This document shows positions 51,601 through 60,600 of a stretch of DNA of 64,000 nt, piece by piece (the first letter of the stretch is position 1; each line of letters starts with the position of its first letter). The stretch is from Octopus sinensis (Eukaryota): NCBI RefSeq assembly GCF_006345805.1, contig NC_042999.1, forward strand, positions 129,704,001-129,768,000, given 5' to 3'. The notes under the pieces are model-generated. The model did not search any database and was not told the DNA's origin. It saw only the letters and a list, made by a program, of their open reading frames with translations. Both the position numbers and the translations under genes were made by a program.

Positions 51601-54600
51601 AAATTATTATCATTTTAGAAGTTAGTGTTTGTCCTCTATTAGTATATAAACTAAGTTCCTCCAATTTTCTAGTCATTTCTCTAATTACATGTGCATATTG
51701 TGTTTCTTCATTACATATTAATAATGACTTTATAAAGTTTGAGAGCTTGTCTGTAAATCCAGTAATAAATGGCATCTTCACCAATCCACATCTTTAAACA
51801 AGAAGTTTTTGATGTTTCTGTTTTGATTCTATATCTTCTGTATTTTGAGTATATAACAATAAGAATTAAGCATAAATCACTATTAGAAAGTATATTTATG
51901 GCAAAGTATAAATATTAATTAAAATTAATGTTGTGGCTGTTTTTATTACCATTTATGAATAACTAAGTAGTTGAATCTAAAACTACAAACTATTGTTACT
52001 GACAAAATTTTCTAATAACCTTTCTCAAGCTATACAATATTTTCTCTATGTAATTTCATATGCTTTGAAGATTCTAAATGTACAGACAATTCTTGAGTTG
52101 GTTTCAGTTTTTTAATGTTATCCATTCTATTTCTGTTGCATTTATTTTAAAGCTCTACTCACTCACCAATATATCACTTTTGCGATTTTTTTGTTTCTTT
52201 TCTGCTTGTTAGACTGCATTTCGAGACATTATGCTGAATAAGTATACCAAGAAAATAGAATCAACGCCTCATTTCAGTGGATCAAGGGAATATAATAAAT
52301 TTAAACAGTTTGTATTTTTAATTTCTTGACTCAAAGTTTAATTTTTTGCTTACTTTTATTATTTCATGATTGTATATTTCCAATATTAACAGTCAATAAA
52401 CTAGAATACTAAGTGACTTGAGCAATGTAAGCTGCTTTCCTTCAAGGCAAAAATCTTTTTTCTATATTCTATAGAAGAATCACAATTACTCAAGTTGATG
52501 GCATCAAACTATAGACCAAAAAGTTAATAGTTTGCATTATGCCACAGGTGCTGCATTCTTTCTCATGGCTAAGATATTTAACTTACTGATCAATCTAGCT
52601 TATTATAAAAGTGGGTAACTTTATAATTAAGGTTTTATCTGAGGATTGTTCTAAGTTAACATTTTCCTATGGTTCTGGAGAAGTCAGTGTCATTTTCAAA
52701 TAAAAGACCCCAGTTGTTTGATGGCTGATATGTAACTCTCCATTAGGAGAGTTACATATCCTTAGGAATGGTCCTTCTTGACAAATGGTGATGTCTCCTC
52801 ATCTTTCTCATTTATAACTTCTCTTATGACTGATAAGGCTAATCACGAAGTCACAATGATGAAGAAACCTGTGTCAAGAACTTCTGGGAAATGAAGAAGA
52901 TACATCAGCTCCAACCACCTGTACTTAGCCTTCAAGCAAATGTCCCAAAGAAAAGCAGAATGTCCAGGGTGCTAGGTGTCATGCCAGTAGCAGTAAGCTG
53001 TCAGTTCCTTCATATATGCCACTGTCTTGAAGTCATTATTTCATATCAAATTAGGTCTTCAAACCAGCCCACTTGACCCACTGTCAGCTAGGTACAAATA
53101 AGTTCACTACTTAAAACATAGAATACAAGGATTCAGAACAAAGACTGCAAAATATTTTGTCCAACACTTTCACGTTTCCTTCAATCCACTACACCAGACT
53201 CTGGTACTTTATGTTATCAGTGCTGAAAGGAGGAAAGATGGAGTTGACTTTAGTGGTATTTGAATTCAAAATACAATGAGTTAGAACAAATCCACCAACA
53301 ACTGATTATCTACAAGGGATTCTACAATGGTGACATTCTTCAGAAAATATATAATGTGATTTTAGAATAGACTGTCTTTTCAAGACTGACACATCAGTCT
53401 CTCTACTCTTGAAAAGAGAGCCTATTCTAAAATTCACAATTTGAACAAACATAGGTTTATGATGGATGAAGTGGAAAGGAAGTTTCAGAGAGCTTCAGTA
53501 ATGGAGAGGGAGTTCTAGGAAAACTATTTTGTTGGAATCTGAGATTTGGTTCATGGTTAGAATGACAAAAGAATGAAAGAAAAGTGTGTCAGGTGGAGCC
53601 TGTTTAGAAGAGATTTGCAGCTAACTTTATCAGAAATGCAGTGGTTATTGTAGTCATAGTGATGCAGAGGGAAGAAATTACAAATCTGTAAATAAGTGAT
53701 TGTAATGTTTTGGTGAGTAACCTTTTCAATTATTTGAATGGTTTTCTTGTTGATGAAATCTAGATTTTTCATGTACGTAACTACAACACTGTTCAAGATT
53801 TGGCAGCAGTACTCCTGTGTGGTAACACTTGATCTTTGTTGATAGACAGCAACTGATCAGGATAAAGTATTTTCTGGTTCTGACGGAAAGCCTAGTTTAT
53901 GTGATCTAGTTTTGGCAGTGAGATTGCAATGAGAGATCATCATAATTTGTGAAGACAGGAATGTTTATAGTGACTTAAAGGATTTTGTGTATGTGTTCTT
54001 GTGTAAAGAATGTTATACAAGATTGTTTTTTTGACATGTGTAGTAATTGTGTCTTTGTGTTGTTGGGGGAAATTAAGTTGTAACTCTATTGAAGAATGTT
54101 TTTGTGGTATATATTTATAAAGGACATTGATGTGGAATGCTAAGTGTATAGTTTATGAATAGATGATTCATGTGTGTAGAAAGTAAATGGAAGAATGGGA
54201 TATTAGAATGACAAAAAAATCATTAATGTCTAAAAGAGAAAGCAATGGAAGTAACCCAATATACAAGAGTCAGTAGATTATGGTTTGGAAGAGCACTGTA
54301 AGCAGATAGCACAATGGTGTAGTTGTACAGGAAATTATCAATCCAAGAGTGGAGAGGCACTTGGAATTTATAGGCAAGCAAGACAGTTGTGTAATGGAAA
54401 GGAAAACATGAGCAAATAGATGGAAAATTATGGAGAGCAGACAGAAGGAGAGAGTGAAAGGGAGAGAGAGAGAGAGAGAAGGCTTAATGAGAGACTGAAT
54501 TGGAGGTGACTTCTTTGGCCAAACAGGCATTTTCATTGCCTTATCCTATAGACTATAGTACACAAGTTACCTATTTTCAAAAATTTATTTATGACAAGTG

Positions 54601-57600
54601 AAGTTGAATGGAGCATTAATACTAACCTGTCGTTGTGACATTATTTCACAAAGTAACTTTGTAGGTACATTTCTCCATTTAAGAATTTTTAATATTGAAA
54701 GAACCTGTCGAAGAGGTAGACCCAGGAAGACATGGGACAAGGTGGTGAAGCATGATCTTCAAACATTGGGTCACAAAGAGGCAATGACTAGTGATCAAGA
54801 CCTTTGGTGATATGCCATACTTGAAAAGATCCACCAGCCAATTGAAATCATATGTGTGGCCAATGCTGGTGTCACATAATTGGCACCTGTGCCAGTGGCA
54901 AGTAAAAAGCACCTTTCAAGCATTGGACCTCGTGAAATTGTAGTCATGGCAGATACTGGTGTCGTGCAACTGGCACCCATGTCAGTGGCACATAAAAGCA
55001 CCCATGACACTCTTAGAGTGATTGGTGTTAGGAAAAGCATCTAGCTGTAGAAACCATGCCAAATCAAACTAGAGTTGGTGCTGCCCCTCAGCCTATCAGC
55101 CCTGGTCAAACCATCCAATCCATTCCAGCATGAACAACAGACATTAGATGATGATGATGGTGGTATCATCTATATTAATCTGAAATGTCCCATATCTTTT
55201 TGAAATATTATTATGCTCTCTCTCTCTCTCTCTCTTTCACATATACATGAGCGCACACATTGCCTATGATATTTTTCATAACTTTCTCTTTCTTACTCAA
55301 ACTTTTCTATGTTTTCAAAGAGATATTTCCAAGTTGTCATTTTGATTTAATTTATATTTCTCAATAATATATTCTACATACAGTGATCTTATATCTGAAG
55401 CATGCAATTCTACAGCAACAAACATATCACAGTATTTACTGAGAAGTCAAATTATTGGAATCTATAAATATATCTCGCAGGCATTGGAAGACTTTTCACC
55501 AATAAGGTAATTAAACAAGTTGTTTTTGCACAAAGTTTTTGTTAAAAAGTCAATCTAAGAACAAAAATAGTTGAAAAACTTGAAAGATTGGATGAAGTAA
55601 GTGATAGAATAGAAATTAGATTTACAGAAAATGGAAGAAGTTTAGTGAATTTCGATGACTGAGGGTTTATTTTCCTTTTTCTTCAAAGATAAACTGTATG
55701 TAACTTGTGAAAATGTAAAAACGTTTTCCTCTAACCACTTCATTAGGCACAGGAGTGGCTGTGTGGTAAGAAGCTTGCTTCCCAACCACATGGTTCTGGG
55801 TTCAGTCCCACTGCATGGCACCTTGGGCAAGTGTCATCTACTGAAAGGTAGGAGAGTCCAGTTTGCTGGACATTGTTGTAGAGCTGAAAAAGAGGTAATT
55901 TCTACTCTTCACCTCTGGAAGCCATCTACTCGCAATACCAGAGGGTGCACACTCTCCTACCCTGATGTAATCTCCAGGGATACAGGCATCCAGCAGCAGG
56001 ACCTCCGTAATGCCATGATGGACCGTGAAGTCTGGCGTAGCATGGTAAATTCCATTGTCTCGACCACGATCGAACAATGATGATAATGATGATAGTAAGA
56101 AACTTTAAAAGCTGAACAGTAGAAAGTCTTCAAAGAGGAAACCCTCCTGATGTTAATATTTCAGCCCTTAACACTTTACACTCTAAGTATGTTTGGCCAC
56201 ATCCAGATAATAAACTCCTGGATTCCCCTCTGGTGTCACATTCTCTGCTATTGTCTGCATAGTAATCTTCCTGAGTGGTTAAGGTGCCCTGGAGCCAAGG
56301 GCACATGGGTGGTTAAGGTGCCTTGGGTGTCATAATCACTTCAGTATGAAATAGCAGTTGAATATAGGGTAAGTTATAACTTCTGAAATCCACTTCCATT
56401 CCTCTTTGACCATATGAAGTTGGAACTCTTCTCTGTTACTTTCACTATTGCCTTATAAGCCCTGGTTCTCTTTTTCCCAGAAATTGAGTGTCATATCATG
56501 TGATCATAGGCAGCTTTGCCCATAATCCTTCTCGTTCCCACTCCCATGACAAGGACTTAACCAGATTTACCCCTATCTAATGGCTAAACTGCCATATTTT
56601 TCAGTCTTGTACATGTGGGTGTCCTCCAGTCTGCTGTTACATTCATGTGAGATCAATCAGAATCAATTGTTTTGATGAAAGTGAGTTGAGTACAGTGTCT
56701 AGTCTCATACCACTCTTGTTGATAATGCTGGATGATTTTTCCACTTTGGAACGTCTGCTGTGCACTCTGTCATCCACTCCATCCAGTAGACCCTGCTTCC
56801 ATGACCCACTTGGCACAGCAGTTCCAAGCAACAATTTGTTTTACCCCCGCTGTGTAGAACATTGATGGAACTGCCAATGGTGTCGTCATTTCTCTTGCAG
56901 TACAAATCACATGTAAGATCTCTTTAAGCACTTGATTGTATACATATACTTAACCAACATATAGCAGCATAGAAAATAAAATAATGTTTAAATGAATTTG
57001 ACGATAATGGTGAACATAATAATCAGATTAATATAATTGACAATCCTAAGGTATATAGTTAATCTGTTGGTAAATTTCTGTCTAAAGTGATTATACTTAC
57101 TTTTACAGGAATACTTTCTTCACAGTTGGTATTTTCATAGTTGCTGATAACCCAGCTGATTCATATATAGATCGGAGGAAAAGGTAATATTAATTTTTAA
57201 TATTTTTCTCTTATGATTTCAACTTTGCATTTCATTTGGGTGTTTGTTAATGTTGGTATCTGTCAGTGAAAGCTTATAATAGAACCCTGTAACATTAACT
57301 AAAAAGTGATTTGAAGTAAATGAAACTGTTAACCAGAAAACCAGAAAATGCATATTGTTTTTAGTTAACTTGAACTTGTAAATTTTCATTTTACTAAGTC
57401 TGAAGTTAATTTGAAATTATGTCTTGAAATTATGTCCTGCTCATACCAGCATCAAAAAAAGATGATAGTGATAGTGGTGTTCTTGTTGTTGGTATTGATG
57501 GGGGGGGGGGCTATAATGATGATAGCACTTGAACTAGTTCAAATGAAGAAGAGGTTTCTTTTCATTTTTTTTTTGTTTTAATTTTTTCCTATTTAAAGAT

Positions 57601-60600
57601 GATAAAGCAGAAGGTAAAATTCAAAATGTTTTAATATTTTAAACTTTAAAATGTTTTAACTGTTAATTACGCTTTTTTAGCAACATCCCAAACAGACAAT
57701 TTTGGTACTGTATTTTATATTCTCACTGTTTTATCAGCTATCTATTTATTAAATTTCTCAATATCCCAAATAAAATTCATATCTAAAGTAAAAAAAAAAA
57801 AATTCCATCTTATCTGTTTGTCTTGTAGTGAACTGAGCATAGACGCCGATTTTAAAGTCATGTCTCCAGATGGGCAAGAGGTGCTCAATATATGGTATTT
57901 ACCTCACTGCACTGAAATACTAACGATGTTCAGTATGTTGAGTGATAAAGACTGCATCGAAGCTTTAACTTACCTTCTACAGATTGTCTCAGCTCTGCAT
58001 GATATTTTACAATATCTAATTGGACACTACCGACTTGGAAATCGAAGATCCTTAATATTTGCCGCACAAAATGCTGATGCCTCAGCAACATGGGGTGGAT
58101 TAGAAGGAATAAGTAAAATCAAATTTCTGTTGTTCTTTATTATCAGTCTTTCTTTATCTCTTTTCATTGTCTTTCATTGCTTTGGTGCTTCTCTGAGTTT
58201 TCCTATCTTTCTTTTCATTCTTGCTCTTATTTTCTCATTATAATTTTTTATCCATCTTATTTACTCTGCCTTCACCATCTACTTCCACCATAATCTCTTT
58301 CTCCTTTCTCTATCAAACAGTTTCTCTTTTCGTTTCATTTTTCCTCTCTTCTATTTTTATTTTCACTATTTGTCTTCATTTCTGTGTATCGTTAGTAACA
58401 TTGGTGTTACAACAGATTTACAGAACACAAGTATTGATAACTGCATTAGGCTAGCTAGCAAATATTTACCAGTGTAGACACAACTGGACAAAACACTAAT
58501 TTAAATTATTTAACAGTTCATGCTTCAAAGTAGTCCTTAATTGTCTACAATTGTTCATTGTCGATTTATCTTTACATGGAAACTTTTGTATATATGTACT
58601 TGTGTGTGTATGCTGATGTATGTTACAGTTTGAGTACTTATGTGTTGCTGTGTGGTGTGTACATGTTTCACAGTGTTCGGCATTTGAATAAAGTATCATG
58701 CTATACAGACATATACACAGTGGATTTTTATTGTAAGAAGGATTATTATTGTGGATTGGTAAAATTGCTAGAGCATCAAACACTCTTATAGCTTTTGTTC
58801 TAGTCCTTTATGTTCTGAGTTCAAATCCTTCTTTGTTGAGTGGAGGGTGGAGAGTGTCAGTAACATAAAGTTCCAGACAAGTACTAATATTGTTTTTAAC
58901 TCCTTCCCAAAAATTTCAAGCCTTATTATTACTAAGGTGGTAAGCTGGTAGAATTGTTAGAACATTGGGCAAAATGCTTTGCAACAACTCTTCTAACTTC
59001 TTATGTTTTGAGTCACATACTGCCAAGGTCAGCTTTCAGGATTGATTAAATAAGTACCAGTTAAACACTGGGATCAATATAATTGACTTACCCCCTCCCC
59101 TAAAATTGTGCTAAAATTTGAATCAAAGATGGCAAGCTGACAGAATCATCAGCATGGTAAACAAAAAAAACTTAGTGGCATTTTCCTCTGACTTTGCACC
59201 TCTGATCTTATTCAGGTAGAAGATTCTTACTTCTTTTTGAGTGAGTACCCATTTGTTTGTATACTAAATTGTTAATCTGTGTTGCAATTTTGCTCCACTC
59301 CCTGTTTTTTTTTTATATATATATATATATGTACATCCCAACATATCTTGTAGTTCTTTTGTATGATATATTTTGTATTTTATATTTAGGCCCTCAAAGC
59401 CAAGTAATAAATAATTATTATTAAAATTTATTCTATTTCACCTGTTCGTTTACTTTCTTATTTTTGATTTTCAAGAAACTGAGTTAAAAGAAATCATGAC
59501 ACAAGTACAGTCGCTGTCCTGTCCCACAGATCCAAAACAAGTTGTTGAACTTCTAACTGCACGGCAAGAAGTAGCATATTTAGAATTTGATATAGCAGTA
59601 CGCTATTCTTTGGTGGAAACTTTCCTACTTTCGGGAAACAGAGTAGCTTTTGAGGTGAGATTAATTTTTTTCATTTTTCATCATCTAATTTTTATGTTCA
59701 CAACAAATCTTTAGTTGACATGTATGAATAAGTATCTGTACATAGAATGGTTCATTTCATTTCATACCATTTAATTTCTATATACATTTCAGCCTTTATA
59801 ATTCTGTCTGTGAAGTCCAATATAATTAGATCTGATCTTACTGTTCAAAAGTTTTTAGTTTTCAAACTTTCTCTGTTCTACCTCAATTATAGCACTTTAG
59901 TTCACCTGAAAGTCATCATCCACATGCATTATACGTTTTTTCTAATGTAGTCATCTTTCTTGCAGACATTTGCTAATACTTCAGATGTTTACCTACATTT
60001 ACAATTCCTTTTCAGTCAACATTTTTTCTAAGTTATCACTTTGCATGCAATAAATCATGTTTATCCCATTCTTTTCCAATCACAGCTCATCCTCGGTATT
60101 TACTGCTGTGTATTTTATCACACTACTTATATATGCCTCATTAGTCTATTTTTCATGTGAAAAGAGCACTCTTTATTGCTGTCATGTGGAGCAGTTCCCT
60201 AATCTTTAATATATTTATGTATTCCAGGCTGTAAATATGAACCATGGTTTAACCGTTTTAAGCAATGTACCACAAGAGAGTGTATTCAACACTTACTTAA
60301 GAGTACCAGAACCATTAGAAGCTTATGACAGTTTAGCAGTGTCACTTTACCCTTGGCGAAGTTTCCTTGGTCGGTAAGACTGATGTTTAGTTCTAATTAT
60401 AATAGATATATTGTTATGAAGGAAATATTGCCGGTCACACTTAATATACGAGGTGTTATCAAAATGTTCCTGGACTAGCATGCCTACAGATGGCAGCACA
60501 CAGTTGCATGTGCAGTGAGAGCTAGCAGTGATCCTCACGAGGCAGTTTGCCAAGTGACATCACTGTGTTTACTTCGCAAGTTGTGAAATTTGTGTTTTTA

